Source: Isurus oxyrinchus (lineage: Eukaryota). From it: a stretch of 64,000 nucleotides of DNA. The position numbers were made by a program, and so were the translations under genes. The DNA lies in the NCBI GenBank assembly GCA_026770705.1, contig JANJGN010000385.1, forward strand, positions 248,001 through 312,000. The letters run 5' to 3'. Below, in pieces: positions 24,501 to 35,929 of this stretch (position 1 is its first letter; each line of letters starts with the position of its first letter). Below the pieces are notes generated by a model. It was given only the letters and a program-made list of their open reading frames with translations, searched no databases and was not told where the DNA came from.

Positions 24501-27500
24501 TCAGTCCAGCAATGACTCAAATTTCAAATTCTCATCATTGATTTCTTACCCCACCATCCCCCCTCTACACTCTCTATCACTGTAACCTCCTCCAACCCTA
24601 AATCCCTCTGAGATCTCTGCTCTCCTCCAATTCTGCTGTCAGACAGGGAGCCAGTGTGTATCAGTAAGCACAGAGGTGATGGGTGAATGGGACTTGGTGT
24701 GAGTTTGTACACTGGCTCACTGGCTCAATCGGGCAGGATTGAGATGGACTCCCCCACGGACTAACACCCCCCGCTTAATAAACAGTTCCAATCTTTACCC
24801 AGAGAGAGGGGAGAATGTGGAACTCGCTCCCACAGGGAGTGGTTGAGGTGAACAGTATCGATGTATTTAAGGGGCAGGAGGGTCGGTAACCAGAGGGACA
24901 CAGATTGACCAACTGGAGGGGGAGATGAGGAGAATTTGTTTTGACAGAGCGAGTTGTTGTGATCTGGAAGGTGCTGCCTGAAAGGGAGGTGGAAGCAGAT
25001 CCAATAAGAACTTTCAAAAGGGAAATTGGATAAACACTTGAAGGAGGAAGATGGGGGCAAAGTGGAGTGGTGGTTAGTGGATCTGATGGGATAGAACTTT
25101 GAAAGACCTGGCACAGTCTCAATGGGCTGAATGGCCTCCTCCTGTGCTGTATCATTCTCCGCTTCCATGATCTCTCCCCCAGTCAGTAACCACTCCAGAT
25201 CCCTCTTGAAGGTGACAGAGAAACAGCAACCACCACACCCACTGACAGCACATTCCCGAGGATCCCTACTCTCTGGGAAAAGATGAACTCCCCAACATCC
25301 AGCCTATTCCTGCTTCCCGGAGAGTGTAAACCCTTCAGGGAGGCACTGAGGAAGTTTTCAATAAAATGACATCAAATCTACCGTTTGAGAAATAATTGAA
25401 TTCCGATGAACTCACAGCTTGTGTAGCAAACTGGGAAGTAGATTGCTGGGAAAGCTGGGAAACACAACGATTAAGGGCTACAATGCCACCACTGGTGGGT
25501 GGCTGTAACTACACCGTGACGTTTACATAGGCAGTCATCATTACAAACAGGGGCATTGCACATAATGGGAATTATGTGCACGGAAATAGTGAGAACACTA
25601 TGTAAGCTTTTCATCAGCAGGAATTCCCTTCCTAAACCTCTCCAACTCTCTCTTACTCTCAGATACACAAAGAAAATCACACAGAATCAGATAAGGAAGA
25701 GTTGGGTTGGTGATTCGTCAAAGGGTTAGGTTTCAGGAAGCTTCTTAAAGGGAGAGAGAGAGTTGGAGAGGCAGAGAGTATCTGTGAGTGTCTCTATGCA
25801 TCTGAGTGTCTGTAATAGTAATTTCCATATTCTTCCATAAATATGAATGGGAACACAAATCCCAGAATTCAGGCCAACTCTCCAGTGCAGTACTGAGGGA
25901 GGTCAGGTAACCCATGAGGGAGTGAGTGTTAGTGTTTGTGTGTGAGTGTGTCTTTGTGTGTGTTCATATATGTGTGTCTGCACGTGTCTATTTAGGTGTG
26001 TATGTTCGATGGTGTTTGTGTCGTGTTCGAATCTGAGAGAGATGTTGAAGTCTGTGTAACTCACGTTCCACAGTGATGGTTATGAACCCATCCACTGCTC
26101 CATGTTCATTCTCTGCCACACACTGATAGTCTCCAGTGTCCCTGGATGTAACATGAGGAATCACCAATCACAGCTAATTTTTGGAACTTGTTCTGTTCAT
26201 TTGGACATTCAGATGTCATGGCAGGAATCAAGAAGCCCGTTCACAGGATTACCAACAGAAAGTGAACAACAATTTATACTTAATGGGAAGAGAGTGCTGA
26301 TTGGTTGGCAAGTGGTCTCTGATAGGTGGAGGTGTTGCCATGGAGAATGGTGTGTGCGAGATGTAAAGTTTAGACAGCTTGTCTCTTCATTCAGCAATAA
26401 TCATATAAAGATCAATTAACTTCTATCGACTTTGAAGCACTTAGAGAGGCCTTAGAATGTGGATACTGAGAATGGGCTGCACTGTCAGAGGGTCTGCGCT
26501 GAGGGAGTGCTGATGTAGCATGAAAGGTGTATGTAATTACCTTGCACAGTTAGTACGAGGGTCCGCTCCGATGAAACAGATGGATATCTCACTCTGCAGC
26601 TGAGATTGTGTCCGTGGTGTTTGAGTGATGGGATCAGGGTCAGAACAGAAGTATAGGTCAGAGTGACACCATGCTGAGTTACAGTGTTTGAGACTGATCC
26701 AGGTACGTCAGTGGGAGTGTCCCAGGTTAAGACAGGTGCTGCTGTTCCATTGCACGTTGTGTTGAAGGTGCAGCTTACATCCACACGCTTTCCTGCAATA
26801 ATTTCAGCAGGGAATATCGTGGGTTTATCTGTGAAATCTAACAGACAGAGAATGGATCCTTTTAGAGAAATATAACGTGAAGCATCAGTTCAAATAGAAA
26901 TCACAGTCCCACAAGATAAAGCACTTTTACAAGGATGATATCAGAACTGAGAGGTTACAATGATCAGGAAAGATTTTCTTGCTCTTTGGCAGTAGTGTTT
27001 CTGTCTCTCAGCTTAATACACGTTCACTCCGAGACATGTGAATTGAGAACACTGGATGAGAGAAGAGGCTCAGACCAGAGATTGGAGTTAAAAGCAGAAT
27101 ACTGTGGATGCTGGAAATCTGAAACAAAAACAAAAATTGCTGGAAAGACTCAGCAGGTCTGACAGTATCAGTGGAGAGGAAGACAGGGTTAACGTTTCGA
27201 GTCCGTATGACTCTTCATCAGACCAGAGGTTTGAGTTCACTGGCTTCTCATTTCCTCAGTGATCTGGGTGATTTATTACATTGTGGTTTGTTGGATCTTG
27301 CTGTGCACAAACTGACTGCTGTGTTTTACATCTGTGACTACAATTCAGGAATAATTTCATTGGCTGTGAAGGGATTTGGATCCTCCTGAGGTGGTAAATT
27401 GCGCTGCAGAAATGCACATCTTTCTTTTATCGATACGTCAGACTTTTAAACAGGACAGGAGAGATTGATGGGAGTGGATAACCTGATAATACAGTTAATG

Positions 27501-28965
27501 CTTTTCATCATTGATATTAAAGTGAGTATTAGAGGTTGCTTTAGGACTGAACTGGAAGCCATCACCAGGTTATTGAGAATCAGACAATGTGTTAAAATAA
27601 GTTGTGTTTTGTATTAATATGTAAACGTCACAGTTTGTGTTATTTCCCATTGAGTGTTGAATGTGAATTGTTGAGTAATTATAACACAGCACTTACCAGA
27701 AACGTGAAGCTGGGTTACAGGGTAATAGTTATGGCTCGGACCATTGTCAAATTCTATTCTGAAAAAATAAGGTCCTGCATCTTCCCGTCTGATGTTGTTT
27801 ATAATCAGGGAACAGTCGCCATCTTTCAGGTCTCCAGACAGCCGGGTCCGATGGCGGAACCGTGGTAACTCGTGACTGTGATCCTTGGAGTGAAAGGCTA
27901 TGGGAGCCCAGGGAATCTGTGTCTCATTATTAAACCAGACTCCACCTCGTGGTTGATTTTCCAAATGTGCTGGATAACTGTAATGACATGGAATCTGTAC
28001 ACACGAACCTTCCTGCGCTGTCACCTCTCGTGGAGTGTCACCTTTCCACTCTTGTGACAGTCCAACTGGGGAGAGAAATATCAAATATTTAACTCTGGAT
28101 GGTTTGTAGATCCACTAGACTCGATATCCACTCCCTCCATCACTGGGGCACAGTGGCTGCAGTGTGGACCATCTACAGGACACACATGGAACTCCCCAAG
28201 GTTTCATAATGGATGGAAGAGAATCCTGGACACAGGAGTGGACAACTTCATTCTACATTGGCTCATGGTCCTCAGGACACTGTTTAGTGAAGCCAGTCTT
28301 CCACCCAACACAGTGTCTACAAGACACACAGGGAAACTGTGTAAACATCTTATCTCTCTAAACTGACTGGTTTGTCTTCGGTTTAACTTTCAGTTATTTT
28401 ACTTCCTTATTAGGTTGCTATGGTGAAACTGTGCAGGAAGTGTGAGGGCTGGACTCTCTGTCTATTCTCACTGCAGCTGTGATGTAGTCGTGGTGATTTG
28501 CAGTAAAATGAAACCCTCTGATCTCCTACATCCCGAGGTTTAGGGAGTGAATTCCAGAGCTCAGGCCCCAGGCAGCTGAAGGCCCGGCCACCAGTATTGG
28601 AGTGATGGGAATCGAGGGATGGTCAAGAGGCCGGAATTGGAGTAACACAGAGATCTGGGACGTTGGTTGGGAGAGTTGCAGGAGGTTACAGAGATAAGGA
28701 AGCAGTGTGAGACAATGGATGCATTTGAACAAAGAGATGTGAATTTTAAGTTTGAGATGTTGTAGGACCAGGAGTCAGATAGTTTAGGGGTGATGGGTGA
28801 ATGGGACTTGGTGTGAGTATGTACACTGCCTCACTGCTGAATCAGTTCCCAATCACAGCTCAATAAGAATGATCTTTTACAAAGACTATTCACCATAAAT
28901 CTGTCCGAGCTGACAATGATATTACCTTGGAGAAGTGACAGGAGGAAGTAAGATTTCCCGATCAT
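9455..28965 (-). CDS. Siglec-like fusion gene A/B, predicted SP-V3-C2-V2-V1-C2-TM (about 631 aa, multi-exon span)
   Basis: Exons 28965-28926, 28065-27697, 26837-26541, 15937-15551, 11829-11464, 10735-10439 and 9594-9455 are all open, GT-AG and phase 1, summing to 1896 nt. Joining across the 24727 junction is inferred. Confidence 0.6.
10439..10735 (-). CDS. Siglec C2-set exon, copy 1 (DFTDKPTIFPAEIIAGKRVDVSCTFNTTCNGTAAPVLTW...SCRVRYPSVSSERTLVLTVQ)
   Basis: 297 nt, AG/GT boundaries, C-x5-C motif (interdomain Cys of Siglec domain 2), conserved W and F-strand Cys. Confidence 0.92.
11464..11829 (-). CDS. Siglec V-set exon V1 (intact, essential Arg in YFFRIE)
   Basis: 366 nt, phase 1-1. GSCVQIPC, DCSL and YFFR follow the CD33/MAG-type V-set signature (B-E disulfide, no F-strand Cys). 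Confidence 0.92.
11885..12700 (+). mobile_element. CR1 LINE 3' fragment in the V2-V1 intron
   Basis: QRDLGVLVHESQKVS and SLWNSLPQRAVEAG. A shared copy lies at 52903-53690. Confidence 0.9.
13570..14310 (+). repeat. 37-bp minisatellite (gggctggaggaggttacagagatagggagggttgtag) derived from an L2-like tail
   Basis: Degenerate tandem units next to the LINE at 14340. Confidence 0.85.
14340..15290 (-). mobile_element. L2-like LINE reverse-transcriptase fragment
   Basis: RPISSLSFPSKVLERV, QSG..SHCAETALIKVTN, LLVLLDLSAAFETLDH, LQLNIGKTEAI. Confidence 0.9.
15551..15937 (-). CDS. Siglec V-set exon V2 (distal type, long Trp-rich C-C' loop, YYFRIE)
   Basis: 387 nt open, AG/GT, phase 1-1, with GSCVQIPC and ECSL. 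Confidence 0.9.
16157..17877. mobile_element. Two adjacent LTR-like elements (partial 16157-16562; 16567-17877)
   Basis: TG...gataaCA termini and internal AATAAA. Paralogous copies at 57753-58678 and 58683-59998. Confidence 0.6.
17880..19900 (+). mobile_element. Decayed Gypsy-type LTR retrotransposon (LTR end, PBS-like tggtg, gag with zinc knuckle, start of pol)
   Basis: LNWD..SEFRMFKQRTELWF and CGRCGLLQAPRKCPAFHQSCKACGRKGH, with in-frame stops. Copy at 60000-61975. Confidence 0.8.
20654..20802. mobile_element. Short MITE with GGGCTGAATT terminal inverted repeats
   Basis: gggctgaattttccc ... ggaaattcagccc. Confidence 0.65.
20820..23600 (-). mobile_element. Long decayed CR1 LINE ORF2 (endonuclease plus RT)
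   Basis: YDVIAVTETWL, WRTANVVPLFKKG..RPVSLTSVVGKLLE, LDFSKAFDKVPH, SGVPQGSVLGP, FADD. Confidence 0.95.
26065..26217 (-). pseudogene. Remnant (3' half) of the third Ig exon
   Basis: Homologous to 47653-47805. The 5' half and acceptor are replaced by unrelated sequence, and there are two in-frame stops (KN*L*LV). Confidence 0.85.
26541..26837 (-). CDS. Siglec C2-set exon, copy 2
   Basis: 297 nt, one amino-acid difference from copy 1 (HGHN versus HGHT). Confidence 0.92.
27090..27222 (-). mobile_element. Penelope-like fragment with a minimal hammerhead ribozyme motif
   Basis: The minus strand reads ctgatga-a-gagtc-atacg-gactc-gaaacgtt. It is flanked by an imperfect direct repeat of about 19 bp, and the empty site is visible near 10968. 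Confidence 0.7.
27697..28065 (-). CDS. Siglec V-set exon V3 (intact, YFFRIE)
   Basis: 369 nt open, AG/GT, with the Siglec Cys pattern. Confidence 0.92.
28926..28965 (-). CDS. Signal-peptide exon, coding part (MIGKSYFLLSLLQ)
   Basis: ATG in acaATG context, 40 nt ending CAAG|gtaat (phase 1). It continues into VGLS-QEW of the V exon. Confidence 0.85.
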
Positions 28966-29038
28966 TGTCCACTCCCAGATATTTCCTCAGCTTCTAACTC
29001 TGAAGTTCTGAAAGAGAAAGGAGTTAATGAGACCTCAC

Positions 29039-29127
29039 CTCTTGTACGACAGCTCTCGAGAGATCAGATCTGCTTTTAGACAATGTCTTCACAGAATAGT
29101 TTGATTCTCTGTGGGATGATAGGTGTT
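29039..29127 (-). other. Probable 5'-UTR exon
   Basis: Acceptor ctctctgcag and donor AG|gtgagg, conserved upstream of each SP exon (for example 37884-37972). Confidence 0.5.
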
Positions 29128-29415
29128 CTGCAGAGAGTTACAAGGCTTTAAGAAGGAAAAACAATGAAGGACTTGCATTTCCATAGCACCTTTCACCACC
29201 TCAGGATGTCCCAAAGCTCATGTCTCTGCACTTCCCTCATCCCTTGAGCTAGAAAGATGTTCTGTACAACAGACTTGAGTCTCACACCCAGATCTCAATA
29301 ATCAGTAGAAATCTTTCAAAGGCGTCAAAGATTGGAATCTGTCTTTATAAAGTCACAACATCAACAAAGGATGATGTTGGTGGTGGAAGTGAATTCCAAT
29401 CGTTCCGTTACTTAC

Positions 29416-29560
29416 CCAGGACCTGTCCGACTGCTCGCCTGGGGAGGAACTGCCCACACGCTCTGCTTGGGCTGAATGACCTCTTCCTGTGCTGCTCCCT
29501 CTGTGTGTTTAATTAGAAAGGGTTGATGTGTCTCTGGGAGACAAAATGGGGAAGTGGGTA
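29416..29560 (-). promoter_or_regulatory. Putative first exon and Ets/PU.1-site promoter of gene A/B
   Basis: Donor GG|gtaagt at 29415, clustered GGAA cores including aaaatggggaagtg (29543-29556). Paralog similarity ends just beyond this site. Confidence 0.55.
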
Positions 29561-29779
29561 ATCAGTGAGAAGATCGAGGATGTTTTGTGCTCTCAGCAAA
29601 ACGTTTACCATGTGATGATCTGTCAGCTCATATTTGGGCAGCTGTAGTCATCAAGCTTCTCCATTGGCTCCGTGGGATTAGACCCCTCCCCCTCATCTCA
29701 GAGCTGAAGCGCAGGCGATAGACTTCCCAATACAGGTCTCTGGCCGTATGATACATATTGACAATCCCTGATATCATTA

Positions 29780-30450
29780 CTGAAGGAGTGCTGCACTGTC
29801 AGGGCTATAGTACTGAGAGAGTGCTGCACTGTGTGAGGGTCAGTACTGAGTGAGTGCTGCACTATCAGAAGGTCAGTAATGTGGGATTGCTGCACTGTCA
29901 GAGGGCCAGTAGTGAAGGATTGCTGCAATGTCGGAGGGTCAGTACTGAGGGAGTGCTGCACTGTCAGAGGGACAGTTATGTGGGAGTGCTGCACTGTCAG
30001 AGGGTCAGTAATGTGGGAGTGCTGCACTGGAAGAGGGTCATTAATAAGGGAGTGCTTCACTGTCAGGAGTATAGTACTGAGGGAGTGCTGCACTGTGGGA
30101 AGGTCAGTACTGAGCGAGTGCTGCACTGTTAGTGGGGTCAGTACTGAGGGTCTGCTGCACTGTCAGAGGGTCAGTAATGTGGGAGTGCTGCACTGTCAGA
30201 GGGCCAGTAGTGAAGGAATGCTGCAATGTCGGAGGATCAGTACTGAGGGAGTGCTGCACTGTCAGAAGGTCAGTAATGTGGGAGTGCTGCACTGTCAGAG
30301 GGACAGTAATGTGGGAGTGCTGCACTGTCAGAGGGTCAGTAATGAGGGAGTGCTGAACTGTCGGCGGGTCTGTACTGAGTGAGATTTGCACAGTCGGAGG
30401 GTCAGTATTGAGGGGGTGCCGGACTGTGGGAGGGTTAGTACTGAGGTAGA
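29780..30450 (+). repeat. 33-bp minisatellite array
   Basis: Tandem degenerate units. Confidence 0.95.
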
Positions 30451-30669
30451 GCGGAGTGTGAGAATATATCCTTTCATGGCAAAGTTTAACTGGAATTTAT
30501 TTAAACAGAGATTCTTGTACTGTGTGTTATTGCTAAAGAAAGGATATGAGGAACTAAGTCTTGTTCCCCTCAGCCTAAAAATAATTTTCACGGATTTCAA
30601 TGATTTAGCATTGAAACCTCCCTCTTTGGGCATCAGTCTTGATTTAAACAACTCGCACAGCACTTCGGG

Positions 30670-31760
30670 AGAGTGACTACTGAGGGTGTGCTGCACTGTG
30701 GGAGGGTGAGTACTGAGGGAGTGCTGCACTGCGGGAGGGGGAGAACTGATGGAGTTCTGCACTGTGGGAGGGTGAGTACTGAGGGAGTGCTGCACTGTGG
30801 GAGGGTGAGTACTGAGGGAGTACTGCACTGTGGGAGGGTGAGTACTGAGGGAGTGCTGCACTGTGGGAGGGTGAGTACTGAGGGAGTGCTGCACTGTGGG
30901 AGGGTGAGTACTGAGGGTGTGCTGCACTGTGGGAGGGTGAGTACTGAGGGTGTGCTGCACTGTGGGAGGGGGAGTACTGAGGGAGTGCTGCACTGTGGCA
31001 GGGTGAGTACTGATGGAGTGCTGCACTGTGGGAGGGTGAGTACTGAGGATGTGCTGCACTGTGGGAGGGTGAGTACTGAGGGAGTGCTGCACTTTGGGAG
31101 GGTGAGTACTGATGGAGTGCTGCACTGTGGGAGGGTGAGTACTAAGGGTGTGCTGCACTGTGGGAGGGTGAGTACTGAGGGAGTGCTGCACTTTGGGAGG
31201 GTGAGTACTGATGGAGTGCTGCACTGTGGGAGGGTGAGTACTGAGGGTGTGCTGCACTGTGGGAGAGTGAGTACTGAGGGTGTGCTGCACTGTGGGAGGG
31301 TGAGTACTGAGGGTGTGCTGCACTGTGGGAGGGTGAGTACTGAGGGAGTGCTGTACTTTGGGAGGGTGAGTACTGAGGGAGTACTGCACTGTGGGAGGGA
31401 GAGTACTAAGGGAGTGCTGCACTGTGGGGGTGAGAATACTGAGGGACAGCTGCATAGTGGGAGTTTGAATACTGAGGGAATGCTGCCCTGTCAGAGGGTC
31501 TGAACCGAGGGAGTGCTGAACTGTTGGAAAGTCATTAGTGATGGAGGGTTACAGTATCAGAGGGTCAATATTCAGGGAGTGTTGCACTGTCAGATTGTCA
31601 GCCATGAGGGAATCCTGCACGGTCAGAAGGTCAATGCTGACGGGGTGAAGCACTTGAAAAGGGTCAATAATGAGGTAGTGCAGCACTGTCAGAGAGACAG
31701 TAATGAGGGAGCGCTGCACTGACGGAGGGTCAGCACTGAGGAAACGCTGCACTGTCAGTT
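30670..31760 (+). repeat. 33-bp minisatellite array (homogeneous tgtgggagggtgagtact variant)
   Basis: More than 20 near-identical units. The 276-aa and 375-aa ORFs here are repeat artefacts. Confidence 0.95.
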
Positions 31761-32479
31761 CTGAGTGTGGTCTGCGCTGTCCTAAGTGCATTCTAGGCAC
31801 TGCCCAAGATTCCGCCTGATGTCTGTGTAACAACAACATCATGTACACGTCAAGAATAATTCTCACTGTGTCTGTGCAGCAAGACAGCTTTGGAATGGCA
31901 CCACCACTGACAGGAGTGTGCAACTACAATGTGACATGTTTACATTGGAAATTTCTATTATAAAGATGGGCACAGGAATTCATATGATAGAGAAAATGTG
32001 ACAACAAGAAGCTTTGTCTTTGAGGCAAGAATTTGGCAGCAAAATAAGAATTTTAATCGATAAATATTTACAGAACAGGCTGAACATTTTAACCACTTGA
32101 GTAAATCAATGTAATTTTATTCATAACCCAAATGCTTCTTACAATCTATCGCAGCGTGAAAAAGGTGCAGCATTCAGAAAGCACATTCCAATCAGAGAAC
32201 AGAGTTTAGCAACGTCACATTTCTGTTCATTCCTATTTGACCATGTTGGCTGCACACAGCCAGACAATGCCGTGGTTATGATGTGTCCACACAGCAGGAC
32301 TGGGGAGCACCAGGTATAAGGAAAAGTTTCAGCTTGCTGAGGAGAAGAAGGAGAATCTCTCGTTCCAGGTTTCTCTCCGTACATTAAGAAGCAGGCATGC
32401 CGATGTTTCATTGCACTCTGTCTGCTGATGGGAGTCCACTTGGAAATTGCTGTTTGTGCTGATGGAAAGAATAAGCTTT

Positions 32480-33070
32480 TCATAAATCGAGGGATTGAGA
32501 ACAAACACAGGGAGGTTATGCTGAACATTTATAAAGCTCTGGTTAGGTCACAACTAGAGTATTGTGCCCAGTTCTGGTCTCCTCACTTTGGGAAGGAAGT
32601 GAGGGTCCTTGAGAGGGTGGGGAGGAGATTGAGCAGAATGGGTCCAGGGATGAGGGATTTTAGCTACAAGGTTGGGTTGGAGAAGCTGGGGTTGTTCTCC
32701 TTGGAGCAAAGGAGATTGAGGGGGGATCTGATCGAGGTGTACAAGATGATGATGGGTTTAGATAAGGCAGACAAAGAGAAGCTGTTGCCATTAGCTGATG
32801 GGACAAGGACTGGGGGACACAGATTGAAGGTTTTGGGCAGAGGGGGATGTGAGGAGGAACTTTTTTACACAGCGAGTGGTAATGAGCTGGAACTCGCTGC
32901 CTACGAGGATGGTGGAAGCGGAGACGATGAACGATTTCAAAAGGAAATTGGATGGACACTTGAGGGGAAATAAACTCGCATGGATACGGGGATAGAGCGG
33001 GGGAATGGGACTGACTGGATTGCTTTACAGAGAGACAGCATGGAGTCGATGGGCCAAATGCCGTCCTTCT
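32480..33070 (+). mobile_element. CR1 LINE 3' fragment lying antisense in the 3' UTR of gene C
   Basis: YKALVRSQLEYCAQFWSPH..LGLFSLEQRRLRGDLIEVYK. Confidence 0.9.
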
Positions 33071-33102
33071 GTTCCATGATGAGATTGTTGCTGTACAAAG
33101 CT

Positions 33103-33242
33103 TTAAACAGTCTGTCGACGTCCTTTCACTGTTTGTCTCTCCCAGACACAGACTCCAGCGATAATGATAACCACAGCCACAAGGAATATCACAGCTCGTA
33201 TTCCCAGGATCAGGATCACGTGCAGAATCTCTCCTCCACTGT
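33103..33242 (-). CDS. TM/cytoplasmic exon TM2 (..ILILGIRAVIFLVAVVIIIAGVCVWERQTVKGRRQTV*)
   Basis: 140 nt, same acceptor as TM1, stop TAA at the same position. Confidence 0.8.
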
Positions 33243-34911
33243 CTAGAGAACACACAGAAAGAAATCATCACTGACTCTCCGCTTTCAATCTCTCACTCTG
33301 GCTGAACAATCAAGCTTCATATCACTGCAACATTTGCTGTAATATTGACCCATCCACTGGGATTCAATGTGGAATGAATGTTTTCACTGTAAACACTCTA
33401 AGAGTGGACAATCGGAACTTTCCCCTTAGCGTGGAACATTGGTGAGAATGGATCATTGTGCTGTTGGACTCTCTGTCCAATGTTTCTCTCCATCGCTGTG
33501 TACAGGATTGTGCTGTAGAAAATTCTGGAAACGTTTAGTGCAGGGTGGAAATCCATCTCAGACGTGTGTGCGAATCAGGCAGGATCGAGATGGACTCTCC
33601 CACGGACTTACACACCCCACTTAATAAACAGTTCCAATCTTTACCCAGAGGGAGGGGAGAATGTGGAACTCGCTCCCACAGGGAGTGGTTGAGGTGAACA
33701 GTATCGATGTATTTAAGGGGCAGGAGGGTCGGTAACCAGAAGGACACAGATTGACCAACTGGAGGGGGAGATGAGGAGAATTTGTTTTGACAGAGCGAGT
33801 TGTTGTCATCTGGAAGGTGCTGCCTGAAAGGGAGGTGGAAGCAGATTCAATAGGAACTTTCAAAAGGGAAATTGGATAAACACTTGAAGGAGGAAGATGG
33901 GGGCAAAGTGGAGTGGTGGTTAGTGGATCTGATGGGATAGAACATTGAAAGACCTGGCACAGGCTCAATGGGCTGAATGGCCTCCTACTGTGCTGTATCA
34001 TTCTCCGTTTCCATGATCTCTCCCCCAGTCAGTAACCACTCAAGATCCCTCTTGAAGGTGACAGAGAAACAGCAACCACCACACCCACAGACAGCACATT
34101 CCCGAGGATCACTGCTCTCTGGGAAAAGATGAACTCCCCAACATCCAGCCTATTCCTGCTTCCCGGAGAGTGTAAACCCTTCAGGGAGGCGCTGAGGAAG
34201 TTTTCAATAAAATGACATCAAATCTACCGTTTGAGAAATAATTGAATTCCGATGAACTCACAGCTTGTGTAGCAAACTGGGAAGTAGAGTTGCTGGGAAA
34301 GCTGGGAAACACAAGGATTAAGGGCTACAATGCCACCACTGGTGGGAGGCTGTAACTACAGCGTGACGTTTACATAGGCAATCATCATTACAAACAGGGG
34401 CAGTGGACATAATGGGAATTATGTGCACGGAAATAGTGAGAACACTATGTAAGCTTTTCACCAGCAGGAATTCTCTTCCTAAACCTCTCCAACTCTCTCT
34501 TACTCTCAGATTCACAAAGAAAATCACACAGAATCAGATAAGGAAGAGTTGGGTTGGTGATTCGTCAAAGGGTTAGGTTTCAGGAAGCTTCTTAAAGGGA
34601 GAGAGAGAGTTGGAGACGCAGAGAGTATCTGTGAGAGCCTCTATGCATCTGAGTGTCTGTAATAGTAATTTCCATATTCTTCCATAAATATGAATGGGAA
34701 CACAAATCCCAGAATTCAGGCCAACTCTCCAGTGCAGTACTGAGGGAGGTCAGGTAACCCATGAGGGAGTGAGTGTTAGTGTTTGTGTGTGAGTGTGTCT
34801 TTGTGTGTGGTCATATATGTGTGTCTGCTTGTGTCTATTTAGTTGTGTATGTTCGATGGTGTTTGTGTAGTGTTCAAATCTGAGAGAGATATTGAAGTCT
34901 CTATAACTCAA

Positions 34912-35064
34912 GTTCCACAGTGATGGTTATGAACCCATCCACTGCTCCATGTTCATTCTCTGCCACACACTGATAGTCTCCAGTGTCCCTGGATGTAACG
35001 TGAGGAATCACCAATCACAGCTAATTTTTGGAACTTGTTCTGTTCATTTGGACATTCAGATGTC
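34912..35064 (-). pseudogene. Remnant of the third Ig exon with the donor also lost
   Basis: Copy of 26065-26217 (offset 8847) with the donor GT mutated to TT. Confidence 0.85.
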
Positions 35065-35387
35065 ATGGCAGGAATCAAGAAGCCCGTTCACAGGATTACC
35101 AACAGAAAGTGAACAACAATTTATACTTAATGGGAAGAGAGTGCTGATTGGTTGGCAAGTGGTCTCTGATAGGTGGAGGTGTTGCCATGGAGAATGGTGT
35201 GTGCGAGATGTAAAGTTTAGACAGCTTGTCTCTTCATTCAGCAATAATCATATAAAGATCAATTAACTTCTATCGACTTTGAAGCACTTAGAGAGGCCTT
35301 AGAATGTGGATACTGAGAATGGGCTGCACTGTCAGAGGGTCAGCGCTGAGGGAGTGCTGATGTAGCATGAAAGGTGTATGTAATTAC

Positions 35388-35684
35388 CTTGCACAGTTAG
35401 TATGAGGGTCCGCTCCGATGAAACAGATGGATATCTCACTCTGCAGCTGAGAGTGTGTCCGTGGTGTTTGAGTGATGGGATCAGGGTCAGAACAGAAGTA
35501 TAGGTCAGAGTGACACCATGCTGAGTTACAGTGTTTGAGAGTGATCCAGGTACGTCAGTGGGAGTGTCCCAGGTTAAGACAGGTGCTGCTGTTCCATTGC
35601 ACGTTGTGTTGAAGGTGCAGCTTACATCCACACGCTTTCCTGCAATAATTTCAGCAGGGAATATCGTGGGTTTATCTGTGAAAT
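35388..35684 (-). CDS. Siglec C2-set exon, copy 3
   Basis: 297 nt open, two amino-acid differences from copy 1. Confidence 0.85.
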
Positions 35685-35929
35685 CTAACAGGCAGAGAAT
35701 GGATCCTTTTAGAGAAATATAACGTGAAGCATCAGTTCAAATAGAAATCACAGTCCCACAAGATAAAGCACTTTTACAAGGATGATATCAGAACTGAGAG
35801 GTTACAATGATCAGGAAAGATTTTCTTGCTCTTTGGCAGTAGTGTTTCTGTCTCTCAGCTTAATACACGTTCACTCCGAGACATGTGAATTGAGAACACT
35901 GGATGAGAGAAGAGGCTCAGACCAGAGAT

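Noticed and set aside
25483-25500. tgccaccactggtgg as a CTCF site
   Set aside because: The spacing does not fit the core consensus (about three mismatches).
28140-28345. CACAGTG heptamers near V exons as recombination signal sequences (V(D)J-like system)
   Set aside because: They are not adjacent to coding ends, have no ACAAAAACC-like nonamer at 12 or 23 bp, and the first lies in LINE-like intron sequence. The V exons are complete and have their own splice donors.
30328-31503. Long repetitive ORFs (375 and 276 aa), and a CRISPR-like look
   Set aside because: This is a 33-bp head-to-tail minisatellite open in several frames on both strands, with no unique spacers, in a eukaryotic context.
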